Source of the DNA: an uncultured Spirochaetota bacterium
Lineage (GTDB): Bacteria > Spirochaetota > Spirochaetia > SZUA-6 > Fen-1364
Assembly (NCBI GenBank): GCA_963845535.1
Contig: CAWJSK010000001.1
Coordinates: 1 to 64,000 of the forward strand
Reading direction: 5' to 3'
DNA length: 64,000 nucleotides
The notes beneath the pieces were generated by a model that saw only the letters and a program-made list of their open reading frames with translations, had not been told where the DNA came from and ran no database searches. Both the position numbers and the translations under genes were made by a program. Of this stretch, positions 10,630 through 21,725 are shown piece by piece; within the stretch, counting starts at the first letter, position 1; the number at the start of each line of letters is the position of its first letter.

Positions 10630-12207
10630 ATGCGTCTGAAACTCGGATTCATGCCACGAACACTATTGCTCCTCGTTGCGCTCATGATCGCGGGAGCATG
10701 GCTGTCAGCGCCGCTGTTCGCGGACACGGCCCCTGCCGCACAGGCTGAGGATCCCAGCGGGGTGAAGACTGGCACGGCGGCGGACATCGGGGCCACGGAC
10801 AAGTCGACGATCCTGGACCTGGCAAACGCCATCGGCCACAACCGCGTGGCCATCAACATCATGTGGACCCTGATCACGGGGTTCCTCGTCATGTTCATGC
10901 AGGCGGGGTTCGCCATGGTGGAAACGGGGCTTACCCGCGCCAAGAACGTGGCGCACACCATGGCCATGAACTTCATGATCTATCCCCTGGGAATGCTGGG
11001 GTTCTGGGTCATGGGGTATGCTTTGATGTTTGGAGGAACGGGAGCCATTGGAACCATGGGAGGGTTCAACGGTCTCAACAAGGAGCTCACGCTCACCTTG
11101 TTCGGAAAGACCTTCGGTCTCTTTGGAGGCAAGGGCTTCTTTATGAACGGCGCATATGACGTGGGCGCCTTTGCTCTCTTTCTTTTCCAGATGGTCTTCA
11201 TGGACACCACGGCGACCATCCCGACCGGCGCGGCCGCGGAACGCTGGAAGTATTCATCGTTCTTCATCTATGGCATAGCGATCGGGCTCTTCATGTACCC
11301 GATCTACGGAAACTGGGTGTGGGGCGGCGGCTGGCTTTCACAGCTAGGCGCGAACTTCCACCTTGGTCATGGCCACGTCGACTTTGCGGGATCCTCGGTC
11401 GTGCACATGTCAGGCGGCGTCATCGGACTGATCTTTGCCTGGATGCTGGGACCCCGAATCGGGAAATACAACAAGAACGGGACTGCGAACGCCATCCCCG
11501 GCCACAGCATTCCCATGGCGGTCATCGGGACCTTCATCCTGGCCTTCGGCTGGTTCGGGTTCAACCCGGGTTCCACGCTTGCTGGCTCTGATCTTCGCAT
11601 CAGCGTCATTGCCACCAATACGATGCTCGCCTCGGCGGGCGGCGCTCTCATGGCGGCGCTTTGGATGTGGTTCGTCCGTGGAAAGAAGCCAGACCCGAGC
11701 ATGATGCTGAACGGAATGCTTGCAGGGCTTGTTGCAATCACCGCGCCGTGCGCTTTTGTGGCTTCCTGGGCAGCGGTGGTCATTGGGCTGGCTTCGGGGA
11801 TCATCGTTGTAGAAGCGGCCTTCATGCTTGAGAGAAAGTGGAAGATTGATGATCCCGTCGGAGCCATTGCGGTCCACGGGTTCAACGGCGCGTGGGGAGT
11901 CTTGTCCCTTGGGCTTTTCGCTGACGGAACCTACGGTGATGGCTGGAACGGCGTTGCCGGCACTGTCAGGGGTCTGTTCTACGGTGATCCCTCCCAGTTT
12001 CTGGCGGAGGTGATCGGAGTCCTTGCAAACTTCGTGTGGTATGCCGTCATTGCTTTCCTGGTCTTCAAGCTTGCCGGTCTTCTTGCGGGCGGGAACAGGG
12101 TCAGCGCAGCAACCGAGATGCAGGGGCTGGACATCCCCGAAATGGGAGTGCCAGGCTACTCCGGGGTCAAGATGGACAAGCCTTCTGAGACCATAATGTC
12201 TCGGTGA
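10630..12207 (+). CDS. amtB: Ammonium transporter
   Basis: MQAGFAMVE, FQMVF, DFAGSSVVH, GWFGFN, DDPVGAIAVHG (twin His); GGGAGG SD. Confidence 0.97.
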   Translation: MRLKLGFMPRTLLLLVALMIAGAWLSAPLFADTAPAAQAEDPSGVKTGTAADIGATDKSTILDLANAIGHNRVAINIMWTLITGFLVMFMQAGFAMVETGLTRAKNVAHTMAMNFMIYPLGMLGFWVMGYALMFGGTGAIGTMGGFNGLNKELTLTLFGKTFGLFGGKGFFMNGAYDVGAFALFLFQMVFMDTTATIPTGAAAERWKYSSFFIYGIAIGLFMYPIYGNWVWGGGWLSQLGANFHLGHGHVDFAGSSVVHMSGGVIGLIFAWMLGPRIGKYNKNGTANAIPGHSIPMAVIGTFILAFGWFGFNPGSTLAGSDLRISVIATNTMLASAGGALMAALWMWFVRGKKPDPSMMLNGMLAGLVAITAPCAFVASWAAVVIGLASGIIVVEAAFMLERKWKIDDPVGAIAVHGFNGAWGVLSLGLFADGTYGDGWNGVAGTVRGLFYGDPSQFLAEVIGVLANFVWYAVIAFLVFKLAGLLAGGNRVSAATEMQGLDIPEMGVPGYSGVKMDKPSETIMSR

Positions 12208-12217
12208 GCGGAGGGAG

Positions 12218-12559
12218 ATGATGAAAAAGATCGAAGCGATCATACGGCCTGAGAAGTTCGACGACGTGCAGAAAGCCATCGAGCTGGTCGGCTACACGGG
12301 GCTCATGGTGACGGAGATCCAGGGCCACGGAGCGCAGAAGGGTATTGTCCAGCAGTGGCGGGGGGACCAGTATCGGGTTTCCCTGATCAACAAGATGAAG
12401 CTGGAGATCGTCTGCAAGGACACCGTGGCGCAGAAGCTCGTGGATGCAATCATCGCCGCGGGCAGGACAGGCGAAGTGGGGGACGGGAAGATCTTTGTCT
12501 CCACCATCGACCAGGCGGTCCGTATCAGAAGCGGAGAAACAGGAGAGAAAGCCCTCTGA
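12218..12559 (+). CDS. glnK: P-II nitrogen regulator
   Basis: KKIEAIIRPEK, GHGAQKG, T-loop Tyr (QYR), TGEVGDGKIF; directly after amtB. Confidence 0.95.
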   Translation: MMKKIEAIIRPEKFDDVQKAIELVGYTGLMVTEIQGHGAQKGIVQQWRGDQYRVSLINKMKLEIVCKDTVAQKLVDAIIAAGRTGEVGDGKIFVSTIDQAVRIRSGETGEKAL

Positions 12560-12594
12560 GAAGCCTCCAGCGAAAAAGTTTGTAGAGTTTCATC

Positions 12595-12631
12595 AACGCC
12601 CCTCTTCGATCAGCCAGAGGGGCGTTTCCTT
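12595..12631 (+). terminator. Hairpin/terminator after glnK
   Basis: AACGCCCCTCT/AGAGGGGCGTT stem with a short pyrimidine tail. Confidence 0.65.
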
Positions 12632-12652
12632 GAGCGGTGCGAGGAGGTTCGT

Positions 12653-13951
12653 ATCACAACGCAACAGTGGATTGCTTTAGGGATTTTCGTTCTCTCTTAC
12701 GGACTGATCATCTCGGAGAAAGTCGACAGGACAATCGTGTCCATGCTGGGCGCAGTCCTGGCATTCGTTTTCGTCCTCGGTCCCGACCAGCTCCTCAAGT
12801 ACGAGAACTGGGAAACCATCATCTTCGTGTTCGGCATGATGGTCGTCGTGGAGACCATGAGCCTTTCGGGTTTCTTCGGATGGCTGGGGCTCCATAGCGC
12901 CCGCTGGGTGAAGCTGGACCCGCTGCTGCTTTTCATCCTCTTCCCGTTCCTCACGGGGTTCCTCTCCGCGTTCATGGGCAGCATCGTGGTGATGCTTTTC
13001 ATGACCACCCTGACCCTGGAGGTCGGGGAGATTACCGGCGTCAACCCGCTGCCGCTCATTCTCTCTGAGATTGCAGCCTCCAACATCGGCGGGGCATCCA
13101 CGATGGTGGGTGATCCCCCGAACGTAATCCTGGGGACATACTTCCACCTTTCGTTTACCGATTTTGCCGCCAACACAGGCGTGATTGCCTGGATCGGGTT
13201 TGCGGTCAACACGGCGTTCTTCATCTGGTTCTTTCGGAAGGAAATCATGCCTGAGCGAAAGGCGCTGCGGGAGAACCCGCAGAGGCTCGCCCAGCAGGTT
13301 GCTTCCCTGGACCCCAAGCGCGCCATTCAGGACAAGCGCCTCTTTGTGGTGGGGATTGCCGTCATGCTCGCTGTGGCGGTTGCCCTTGCCACCAGCAGTC
13401 TCACGCACCTTTCGGTGGCAACAATCGCCATCGTGGGCGCGCTGCTCGCCTTGCTTCTGGGCGGCCGTCACATGGGGAAGGTCGTGCAGAAGCTCGACTA
13501 CGCCACCATCGTGTTTTTTGCCGGGCTTTTCATCATTGTCGGCGCCGTGGAGCACGTAGGCCTGCTGACGCTCGTGGCCGAGGGGGTGAAGAACCTCTCC
13601 GGGGGAAGCTCCTTCGCCGCTTTGACCATCATCCTGTGGGTAAGCGCCTTTGGCTCATCAATCGTGGACAACGTTCCTTTTGCGGCAACCATGGCCCCCA
13701 TCCTTGCGCACCTGAGCGCGATTGCGGGTTTCTCCACGCCCCCGCTCGTGTGGTCAACCTCCCTGGGTACGGACATCGGGGGCAACGGGACTCCGATTGG
13801 CGCTTCAGCGAACGTCGTTGCGGTGGCGGGATATGAGCGCGCCACGGGGAAAAAGATCGGCTGGGGCTACTATTGCAAGGTTTCCTATCCCGCGATGATG
13901 GTGGTGGTACTTGTCTGCAATCTGATTCTCTACCTCTTCTTTATGGTGTGA
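12653..13951 (+). CDS. ArsB/NhaD/SLC13-type ion transporter (apparent ATC start)
   Basis: [35 protein letters not shown] motifs; family-like first TM helix begins at ATC 12653, 5 nt after GAGGAGG. Confidence 0.85.
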   Translation: MTTQQWIALGIFVLSYGLIISEKVDRTIVSMLGAVLAFVFVLGPDQLLKYENWETIIFVFGMMVVVETMSLSGFFGWLGLHSARWVKLDPLLLFILFPFLTGFLSAFMGSIVVMLFMTTLTLEVGEITGVNPLPLILSEIAASNIGGASTMVGDPPNVILGTYFHLSFTDFAANTGVIAWIGFAVNTAFFIWFFRKEIMPERKALRENPQRLAQQVASLDPKRAIQDKRLFVVGIAVMLAVAVALATSSLTHLSVATIAIVGALLALLLGGRHMGKVVQKLDYATIVFFAGLFIIVGAVEHVGLLTLVAEGVKNLSGGSSFAALTIILWVSAFGSSIVDNVPFAATMAPILAHLSAIAGFSTPPLVWSTSLGTDIGGNGTPIGASANVVAVAGYERATGKKIGWGYYCKVSYPAMMVVVLVCNLILYLFFMV

Positions 13952-13962
13952 GTCGTAAGGGC

Positions 13963-15513
13963 ATGAAACGTCCGGCGCGACTGGAAGGAAAACCGGCAGA
14001 GCTTTCGTTGCTGTTCGAGATCAGTCAGATCCTCGATTCTAGCCTTGATCTGCGAACCGTCGTCGAGCCTGTCCTGGAAGCCCTTACCCGCTCGTTGGGG
14101 ATGAAGTTCGCCACCCTGACGCTCTTGAACAGGCAGACCGGTGAGATCGCCATCGAGTCCGCCTACGGCCTTTCCGTGACGCAGAAGCGCAAGGGGCGCT
14201 ACAAGCTGGGGGAAGGCATCACCGGCAAGGTGATCCAGACGGGCAAGGCCTCCATCGTCCCCAAGATATCTGAGGAGCCGCAGTTCCTGGACCGCACCGG
14301 GGCGCGGCGAACGCGCGACGGAGAGGACCTTTCCTTCATCTGCGTGCCCATCAAGATGGGCAGGGAAGTCGTGGGGGCCTTGAGCGCGGACAGGCCGGTG
14401 GCCGCTTTCTCCTACCTCCAGGAGGAGGCCCGGATCCTCTCCATCATCGGCTCACTGATTGCCCAGGCCGTGCGGCTGCGCCAGTCCGCGCAGGAGGAGC
14501 GGGAGCGGCTCGTGGAGGAGAACCTGCGCCTGCAGGACGAGCTGAAAGACAGGTACCGGCCGTCGAACATCATCGGCAATTCAAAGGCCATGCAGAGCGT
14601 CTACCAGCTCATCGGGCAGGTCTCGGCAAGCGACACCACGGTGCTGCTGCGCGGTGAAAGCGGCACGGGAAAGGAGCTGGTGGCCCACGCCATCCATTAC
14701 GCCAGCCGGCGCGCGCCCCGGCCGTTCGTGAAGGTGAACTGCGCCGCGCTGCCCGAAGGGGTGATCGAGAGCGAGCTGTTCGGTCATGAGAAGGGCGCTT
14801 TCACGGGCGCCGTTGCAACGCGGAAAGGCCGGTTCGAGCTTGCCCAGGGCGGCACCCTTTTCCTGGACGAGATTGGAGACTTGTCGCGGGCCATGCAGAT
14901 CAAGCTCCTCAGGGTCTTGCAGCAACGCGAGTTCGAGCGCGTGGGCGGCACGCTCACCATTGCGGCGGATGTGCGCGTGATTGCCGCCACCAACAGGGAC
15001 TTGGAAAAGCTCATCGAGACGGAGCAGTTCCGGCAGGACCTGTACTACCGGCTGAACGTCTTCCCCATCCACATCCCGCCTTTGCGGGAGAGGCGCACCG
15101 ACATTCTGCTCCTGGCCGACTATTTCGTGGAGCGCTACGCCAGGCAGAACCACAAGAACGTCATCCGCATCTCCACGCCCGCCATTGACATGTTGATGGC
15201 GTACCACTGGCCCGGCAACGTTCGGGAGCTGGAGAACTGCATTGAGCGGGCCGTGCTTCTGAGCGATGACGAGGTGATCCACGGGCACCACCTCCCGCCT
15301 TCGCTCCAGACAGCGGAATCCAGCGGGACGGTTACCCGGGGCCCGCTGACGGCAGCGCTGGAGACGGTGGAGAAGGAACTGCTGATGGAAGCGTTGAAAT
15401 CCTCTCGAGGGAACATGGCGGCAGCGGCCGCTTCCCTGGGGATCACGGAACGCATCATGGGACTGCGGGTGCACAGGTACCAGATCGAGCCGAAGAGCTT
15501 CAAGAACGCTTGA
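13963..15513 (+). CDS. NifA-like sigma54-dependent activator (GAF-AAA+-HTH)
   Basis: GAF region ([18 protein letters not shown]), [25 protein letters not shown]-terminal HTH. Confidence 0.92.
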   Translation: MKRPARLEGKPAELSLLFEISQILDSSLDLRTVVEPVLEALTRSLGMKFATLTLLNRQTGEIAIESAYGLSVTQKRKGRYKLGEGITGKVIQTGKASIVPKISEEPQFLDRTGARRTRDGEDLSFICVPIKMGREVVGALSADRPVAAFSYLQEEARILSIIGSLIAQAVRLRQSAQEERERLVEENLRLQDELKDRYRPSNIIGNSKAMQSVYQLIGQVSASDTTVLLRGESGTGKELVAHAIHYASRRAPRPFVKVNCAALPEGVIESELFGHEKGAFTGAVATRKGRFELAQGGTLFLDEIGDLSRAMQIKLLRVLQQREFERVGGTLTIAADVRVIAATNRDLEKLIETEQFRQDLYYRLNVFPIHIPPLRERRTDILLLADYFVERYARQNHKNVIRISTPAIDMLMAYHWPGNVRELENCIERAVLLSDDEVIHGHHLPPSLQTAESSGTVTRGPLTAALETVEKELLMEALKSSRGNMAAAAASLGITERIMGLRVHRYQIEPKSFKNA

Positions 15514-17542
15514 GGGCGCGGGAGAAGCGCAGCGGCGCGGCCACCGGCACGGGCATGATAATGAAAGGAATCCCGTCCCTGTGCAGCCGCCGCTGCACGG
15601 CGAAGGCGGTATGGTTGAACAAAAGCCGCGTGAGGATGCTCTCCTCGGGGAACACGATCTGGCCGCCGAAGAACACGGCGCTGGGATGCTTTCGGAAGAT
15701 GGCGCGCGCAAGGTCGCAGATCTCATCCGAGATATCCGTGCCAATGGCGGCAAAACCCTCCGCGTAATATCCCTCCGCCTGCATGAAGGTGACGTATTTC
15801 GAGAGGCCCTCCTGCACGTGCCGGCGCAGATTGTCGATACCCTCCGCGCCTTTGAAGCGGTCCGCGTCAATGATGCCTGCCTGGATGAAGAGCCAGTTGC
15901 GGAAAGTGTTCCCGAAAACCCTGCGAATGCTGAAGAGCGTGTGCAGCCCGGTTCCATTGAAGCCCGAGACGAGGATGACCGCTGTCTTTCCCTTGGGGTT
16001 GAGCCTGGGTGATCTTCGCCTGCGGCCCTTCGATTCCGTTTCCAGCGCCTTGACGTCGCTCGCCGCGGCCGTTGCCATGAGGTGGTCCAACCTGGCAAGG
16101 CTCCGGCCCGCCTGGTGGTAGAAACGCTTGATGGTCACGGCACCGACCACAAGCGCGCCCGTGATCAGGAGCGTGATCCAGCCTCCCGTCTGAAACTTGA
16201 GGGCGATCTGGGAAACCAGAATGAAGCTCGTGAGCAGAAGGCCAATGCCGTTGATCAGGAGCTTCCGCTTCCAGCCAGGGACCCGGCCCCTTTCTTTCCA
16301 CCAATGCTTCACCATGCCCGTTTGGGAGAGACAGAACGTAATGAAGACGTTGATGGCGTACAGGACAATGAGGAAACTGACCGACCCTCGGGTGGCCAGC
16401 ATCACGACAAGAGAGCCCGTCCCCAGGAGGAGAATACCGTTCTTGATGACAAGCCGCTCGCTCAGGAGGCTGAACTGCCCGGGAAGCCACCTGTCCATTG
16501 ACATGTTGGAAAGGACGGCGGGACCTCCCAGGAACCCGGCCTGCGCCGCCACGAACAGGAGGATTGCCTCCGAGACCAGGGTGAACAGGACGAACACGGA
16601 CCCAACCAGGCCCCAGCCGCCGGTGATCCTTTCCATGAGGATTGCATTCAAGGTCCTCCCGGGCACCTTCGATACGCCGAAGAGCAGGTAGCCAATCATG
16701 AGCCCCGCCGCCATGAATGCCAGGGATGCGGCCATGTATCGCATTGTCCTCTTGGCGGTCTGGGCCCGCGGCTCACGAAGGATGGACATGCCGTTGCTGA
16801 CCGCTTCGATCCCGGTGTATGTCCCCGCGCCCATGCTGTAGGCGCGCATCAGGAGCAGAAAGACCCCGAAGCCTCCGAGGGCCTGGCTGGCTGCCCGGGT
16901 CTGCGCAAGAGTCGTCCGTGCTACGTCGCCTATGGAGGACACGTGAGTCAAAAGCGCATAGAGAACGGCAAACGTGTGGGTGACAAGAAACAGGAGGAAG
17001 ATCGGTACGAGCGGGAGGACAGATTCCTTGACTCCCCGAAGGTTCATCACCATGAGGAGAGCGACCCCGAGCACGGCAACAAGAAGCTTATAGCGGAGCC
17101 ACCTGAGGGGGAGGAAGCTGAAAATGGCATCAGCGCCGCTGGCAATCGAAATCGTGATCGTCAGGACGAAGTCGATGAGAAGGGCGCACCCCGAGATCAT
17201 CCCAAGGGTCGGGGAGAGGAGCTTGCTGGCGACCGTGTAGCCTCCGCCTCCCCGCGGGAAGAGCTCCGCAATCTGGGAATAGCTCGAGGAGATGACGATG
17301 ACGGTGATGGCCGTGGCCAGGGCGACGAACAGACCGAGGTGCCCGTTCGCGCCGAGGCTGAGAAAGGATTCTTCAGGCCCGTAGTTGGCGGAAGACAGGC
17401 CATCCGCTCCGAGCCCGACCCAGGCAAAGAAGGCGACAAGGGACAGCTTGTGGAAGACTCCCGGGTCCTGGATGTCTTTGGCTTTGCCAAGGATGATTCC
17501 TTTGAGCCTGGATGCAAAGCTGCTCGTCGGAGTGTCGCTCAT
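15500..17542 (-). CDS. APC-family permease, KimA/YdaO-like (probable K+ uptake)
   Basis: [37 protein letters not shown] and a cytoplasmic C-terminal domain. Confidence 0.85.
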   Translation of the reverse strand: MSDTPTSSFASRLKGIILGKAKDIQDPGVFHKLSLVAFFAWVGLGADGLSSANYGPEESFLSLGANGHLGLFVALATAITVIVISSSYSQIAELFPRGGGGYTVASKLLSPTLGMISGCALLIDFVLTITISIASGADAIFSFLPLRWLRYKLLVAVLGVALLMVMNLRGVKESVLPLVPIFLLFLVTHTFAVLYALLTHVSSIGDVARTTLAQTRAASQALGGFGVFLLLMRAYSMGAGTYTGIEAVSNGMSILREPRAQTAKRTMRYMAASLAFMAAGLMIGYLLFGVSKVPGRTLNAILMERITGGWGLVGSVFVLFTLVSEAILLFVAAQAGFLGGPAVLSNMSMDRWLPGQFSLLSERLVIKNGILLLGTGSLVVMLATRGSVSFLIVLYAINVFITFCLSQTGMVKHWWKERGRVPGWKRKLLINGIGLLLTSFILVSQIALKFQTGGWITLLITGALVVGAVTIKRFYHQAGRSLARLDHLMATAAASDVKALETESKGRRRRSPRLNPKGKTAVILVSGFNGTGLHTLFSIRRVFGNTFRNWLFIQAGIIDADRFKGAEGIDNLRRHVQEGLSKYVTFMQAEGYYAEGFAAIGTDISDEICDLARAIFRKHPSAVFFGGQIVFPEESILTRLLFNHTAFAVQRRLHRDGIPFIIMPVPVAAPLRFSRALKRS

Positions 17543-17620
17543 GACAGACAAGGAGCCACTGTACCGGTCCAGCCGCATCAGCGCAAGAGAACCTGATGGG
17601 TTGCCATTCCGCCGGAGTTC

Positions 17621-18751
17621 CTAGAGGTCCCGTACGTAGAGCCGGTGCATCTTGAAAACTCTGGCGCCCAGCGTCTTGAGGTCAGCCAGCATCATCTCCG
17701 TAGTCTCGGCTATCTGGACCGCGTCGACGTATCGGAAATCCCGCTTTGAGGCGATCTTTTCCAGCATCGAATACAACAGCGCGTTTCCCCCGAGCCGCTG
17801 GAACTTCGGAAGGATGCCTGCTCCGTTGACCACGAGCCCCTTGGTTCGCCGATACTCCAGAAGAAGGCGCAGAATGGAGAGCGGCGTCAGGCGGCCGCGC
17901 CCCCTTTGGAGAGCTTCCGAAAGATCAGGGAACCCGAAGAGGAAGCCCGCGATCTCTCCCTTGCGGAGAAGGAGCTTCACCAGCGACGGATCAGCCACCT
18001 GGAGAAGCTCCCGCGTGACCTGCGCAATCTCGCGAGGACTGAGCGGGTTGTATTCGTCCCCGTGGGACTGGAAAGACTCGTTGTACACCGTGCCGATGTC
18101 ATGCGCGTAACGGCGCAGCTCTGACTTGCGCCTGAACTCAGGCACATCGAAGGCGCCCCTTTTCATGGCGATCTCGGCGACTCGCCTGATCTTGTCGGGG
18201 AGGCGAAAAGTGTTTGCGTCGATGCACATGGAGAGCTGGTCCCTGTGCTTGCGGAACCCCTCCGCCTCAACGAGCTTCCCATAATAAGGGAAGTTGTAGC
18301 TCATCATCGTCATGGCGGCCCTATGCTCGAAGCCGTCCACCAGAACTCCCATCCCCATGACGCCGAAGCCGAGAGGGCCCATGACATGACGGAGCCCCTT
18401 CCCCCGCATCCACGAAAACGCGGCTTCGAAGAGCGCGTGGGAAGCCGCGGAGTCCTCCTCGCAGTCGAAAAAATGGAAATGACCCGTTGCCGTCCCGTGG
18501 TGCTCGTTGTAGGGGATATTGTGGAACGCCCCGAGAGTCCCGACCGTCCGGCCGCCGCGGCGACAGATGAAAAACGCGGCCTCCGATCTGTCGAAGAACG
18601 GGTGCCTCCGGCCCAGGATGGCGCGCATGTCCAGGCGGAACTGGGGAACCCACTGCGGGCAGCCCGCATAGAGCCTGTGGGGAAAATCGATGAACTCCCG
18701 GCCCTGTGCGCCGCGCGCCGACTCCACCCTCTCGATGGTCACGTCAGCCAT
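17621..18751 (-). CDS. GNAT-fold protein (YghO-like)
   Basis: FIDFP.RLY...WVP, HPFF, GVLVDGF, YNFPYY pattern. Confidence 0.75.
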   Translation of the reverse strand: MADVTIERVESARGAQGREFIDFPHRLYAGCPQWVPQFRLDMRAILGRRHPFFDRSEAAFFICRRGGRTVGTLGAFHNIPYNEHHGTATGHFHFFDCEEDSAASHALFEAAFSWMRGKGLRHVMGPLGFGVMGMGVLVDGFEHRAAMTMMSYNFPYYGKLVEAEGFRKHRDQLSMCIDANTFRLPDKIRRVAEIAMKRGAFDVPEFRRKSELRRYAHDIGTVYNESFQSHGDEYNPLSPREIAQVTRELLQVADPSLVKLLLRKGEIAGFLFGFPDLSEALQRGRGRLTPLSILRLLLEYRRTKGLVVNGAGILPKFQRLGGNALLYSMLEKIASKRDFRYVDAVQIAETTEMMLADLKTLGARVFKMHRLYVRDL

Positions 18752-18815
18752 GGACATCGTTGTAGCCGAAGCGTCGCATCTTGGTCAAATATCCGTGATT
18801 CGCTATACTCACGGC

Positions 18816-19970
18816 GTGAAATCTGTCTTCGCGGAGACTCTGTACACGGGTAAAGAGGTCGTGAAGCACACCCACGTCCTCTTCGAGGGAAACCTCATCA
18901 AGGGAGTGTCGACCGAACGAAGCGGAGACTTCATCGGGAAGTTCCCCGTCGTCACCCCCGCGTTCATAGACGCTCACAGCCATATCGGAATGGAGCGCTC
19001 CGGGGAGCCGGGCACCGAGGGGGAAGCGAACGAACGCATGGACACCATGCTGTTCCTGGCGGACGCGCTGGACTCCGTGCAGATGGACGACACGGCGTTT
19101 CGGGACTCCGTGGAGATGGGGGTGCTCTACTCCTGCGTGCTGCCGGGGAGCGGGAACGTCGTGGGGGGACGGTCCGCCATCATCCGCAACTTCGCCCGCA
19201 CCACCACGGAGGCGCTCATTGCGAGGTCCGGAATCAAGGCCGCCTTCGGGTACAACCCCATGTCCACGCGGGACTGGAAGGGGACGCGCCCGTACACGCG
19301 GATGGGCTCCCTTTCCCTCCTGCGCTCCCGCCTGGCCCAGGTGCACAGGAAGCTGCACGCGGGCAAGGGCGGCAAGACCGCGACAGGCAAGACTGGCTCG
19401 GAAATGACCGCGGAAGACGACGTGGTCCGCGACATCCTGGAGGGCAGGGTAGGGCTTCGCATCCACGTCCACAAGATCGACGACATTGCGAGCCTCCTTC
19501 GGCTTCAGGAGGAGTTCGGTATCCACGTCACCGTGGACCACGCGTGTGACGTGAACGACGCCCATATCTACACGCTCCTGCGTGACCGCGGGATCCCCGT
19601 CGTCTTCGGACCGCTTGACTCATTCGCGTACAAGGTGGAGCTGAAGCACGAGAACTGGCGCAACGTGCGGTTCCTCCTGGAATCCGGCGTGGACTTCGGG
19701 CTCATGACGGACCATCCCGTGATACCGCAGCGAAACCTGGCGCTGGAGCTGCGGTGGTTCATGCGCTGCGGCCTCAACCGCCAGGACTCCCTGGAGATCA
19801 TCACGCGTCGGAACGCGCAGATCCTCGGGATCGACAGCCACCTGGGGACACTGGAGAAAGGGAAGTGGGCGTCGTTTGCCTGCTGGAACGGTGATCCGTT
19901 CGACATCACGCGCTATCCGGTGAAAGTGGTCGCGGAGGGCAACGTCGTGTATGAGGAGCCGGGGCAGTGA
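18816..19970 (+). CDS. Amidohydrolase family protein
   Basis: PAFIDAHSHIG, LPGSGNVVGG, HVH, TDHP, GTLEKGKWA; GTG start 6 nt after a TATACT box. Confidence 0.9.
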   Translation: MKSVFAETLYTGKEVVKHTHVLFEGNLIKGVSTERSGDFIGKFPVVTPAFIDAHSHIGMERSGEPGTEGEANERMDTMLFLADALDSVQMDDTAFRDSVEMGVLYSCVLPGSGNVVGGRSAIIRNFARTTTEALIARSGIKAAFGYNPMSTRDWKGTRPYTRMGSLSLLRSRLAQVHRKLHAGKGGKTATGKTGSEMTAEDDVVRDILEGRVGLRIHVHKIDDIASLLRLQEEFGIHVTVDHACDVNDAHIYTLLRDRGIPVVFGPLDSFAYKVELKHENWRNVRFLLESGVDFGLMTDHPVIPQRNLALELRWFMRCGLNRQDSLEIITRRNAQILGIDSHLGTLEKGKWASFACWNGDPFDITRYPVKVVAEGNVVYEEPGQ

Positions 19971-20932
19971 GCCGGTTCACGGTGGTGATAGCGGATGACC
20001 GCTACGCGGGCTACCGCGAAGAGGAAGAAGTCCTCCGGGACGTTGATGCTGAAATTCAAGTGTTTCGCTCCGGCACCGCGGAGGAGGCAAGGAAGGCTTT
20101 CGCTTCCGCGGACGGCATCCTCGTCAACCTTTTCCCCATGACGGCGGACTTGATCAGCGGCCTCGACGGGTGCCGCGTGATCTCGCGCTACGGCGTGGGC
20201 TACGACAACGTGGACGTGGAGGCCGCAACACGAAAGGGGATCTGGGTAACCTTCGTGCCTGATTACTGTTTCGAGGAGGTCGCGGACCACGCCCTTGCGC
20301 TTCTCCTGTGCTGCATCCGCAAGATCGGATACAAGGACCGCATGATCCGCCAGGGGAAATGGAACGTGCACCGTGACCAGCCCTGCCACCGGGTGGAAGG
20401 GAAGACCCTCGGCATCCTCGGGTATGGAAACGCGGCGCACACGCTCTTGAGAAAGGTCTCGGGGTTCGGGTTCGGGCGCGTGCTCATGTGTGATCCTTAC
20501 GTTCGAGCATCCACTATCAAGGCTGCCGGCGCGGAGCCGGTGGACCTTCCCGTCCTGCTGGCTCAATCCGACTATATCTCGATTCACGTGCCCTTGACGC
20601 CGGAGACGCGGCACATGATTGGCCGCGCGGAGCTGGCGCTCGTGAAGCCTGGAGCAATCCTCATCAACACGGCCCGCGGGCCGGTCATGGATGAAGGCGC
20701 GCTTGCGGAAGCGCTTTCAAGCGGCAGGCTTGCCGGCGCCGGGCTCGACGTGTTCGAGAAAGAGCCGCTGCCGGCGGACAGCCCCCTCAGGGAGCTTGAT
20801 ACCGTTGTCTTCACGGACCATGCGGGCTGGTACAGCGAGGAATCCGTGGTCGAGCTGAAAACCAAGGCAGCCCGCAACGTGGCTGCCGTGCTTGCGGGCG
20901 GCAGGCCCCTCTACCCGGTCAATCGGCTTTGA
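19967..20932 (+). CDS. D-isomer-specific 2-hydroxyacid dehydrogenase (CtBP/SerA-like)
   Basis: RYGVGYDNVD, EVADHA, INTARG, LDVFEKEP, DHAGWYS. Confidence 0.92.
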   Translation: MSRFTVVIADDRYAGYREEEEVLRDVDAEIQVFRSGTAEEARKAFASADGILVNLFPMTADLISGLDGCRVISRYGVGYDNVDVEAATRKGIWVTFVPDYCFEEVADHALALLLCCIRKIGYKDRMIRQGKWNVHRDQPCHRVEGKTLGILGYGNAAHTLLRKVSGFGFGRVLMCDPYVRASTIKAAGAEPVDLPVLLAQSDYISIHVPLTPETRHMIGRAELALVKPGAILINTARGPVMDEGALAEALSSGRLAGAGLDVFEKEPLPADSPLRELDTVVFTDHAGWYSEESVVELKTKAARNVAAVLAGGRPLYPVNRL

Positions 20933-21725
20933 TGGACGCGCTTTGATGCGCGCGCTGACTCGCCCCGTGGTGCCCAGCTCCTGACAGCTCCCTCATTTTC
21001 GCAAGCACCGCGGAGTAGGGGTCTCCCGGCTTTGCCGCTTCTCTCACCAAAGCGCTGCCAACCACGACCGCGTGCACGTGAGGAGACACATCCACCACCT
21101 GTGCCGCGGTGGAGATCCCGAACCCGCCCAGGATCTTCGCGGGTTGGTCAGGGTTGAGAGCCTGCACGCTGTGCAGGAACGAAAGCCCGGCCTCATCGAG
21201 GTGCGTCGTCCGACCTGTCGTACCGGTTCGGAGCGTGGCGTAGATGTACTCCGGCTTCAGAGCGCCAATCCGCGCGAGCCTCTCTTTTCTTATGGAGGGG
21301 GACACCACGGGGATGGCGCAAATGCCGAGGCGCCGCGCCGCGTCGAACAAGCCTTCATCGTAGTCAGCGGGAAGGTCAGGCACAATTACTCCCTTTGATC
21401 CACACTCCGCGCACCTGGTCAAAAACCTCTCCAGTCCGTGGGTGAAGAGCAGGTTCGCATAGCTCATCAGGAAGATGGGAACGGCCATCTGGCGGTGGAT
21501 GTCCGCCACCAGATCGAATCCTTCCTTTATTTTGAACCCCGCGACCAGCGCGGCGGTACAGGCTGCCTGGATGTCAGGGCCGTCCGCCGTAGGGTCGGAA
21601 AAGGGAAATTGGATCTCCAGGTACGAACATCCCCCGTCCCCGAGACCTCGAGCAACGGAAAGGCTTTTCTGCCTGTCAGGGAAGTACGCAACCATGTGCG
21701 CCATGATAGGTTTTTCGCCGCTCAT
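20919..21725 (-). CDS. trpA: Tryptophan synthase alpha subunit (in frame with trpB as assembled)
   Basis: EIQFPFSDPTADGPDIQ, IVPDLP, GFGIS, VVVGSA; own GGAGG SD and ATG at 21725. Confidence 0.93.
   Translation of the reverse strand: MSGEKPIMAHMVAYFPDRQKSLSVARGLGDGGCSYLEIQFPFSDPTADGPDIQAACTAALVAGFKIKEGFDLVADIHRQMAVPIFLMSYANLLFTHGLERFLTRCAECGSKGVIVPDLPADYDEGLFDAARRLGICAIPVVSPSIRKERLARIGALKPEYIYATLRTGTTGRTTHLDEAGLSFLHSVQALNPDQPAKILGGFGISTAAQVVDVSPHVHAVVVGSALVREAAKPGDPYSAVLAKMRELSGAGHHGASQRAHQSASIKAD

Noticed and set aside
12218..13951. GlnK-permease read-through fusion (permease is in frame with the glnK TGA)
   Set aside because: GlnK ends at its normal C-terminus, a terminator-like hairpin and a fresh strong SD intervene, and an in-frame arrangement has a 1-in-3 chance; no SECIS evidence
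13963..15513. Calling this nifA and inferring nitrogen fixation
   Set aside because: No nif structural genes in the window; architecture alone does not establish NifA function
17543..17620. c-di-AMP (ydaO) riboswitch upstream of the KimA-like gene
   Set aside because: Only about 78 nt separate it from the upstream gene and no riboswitch consensus is visible
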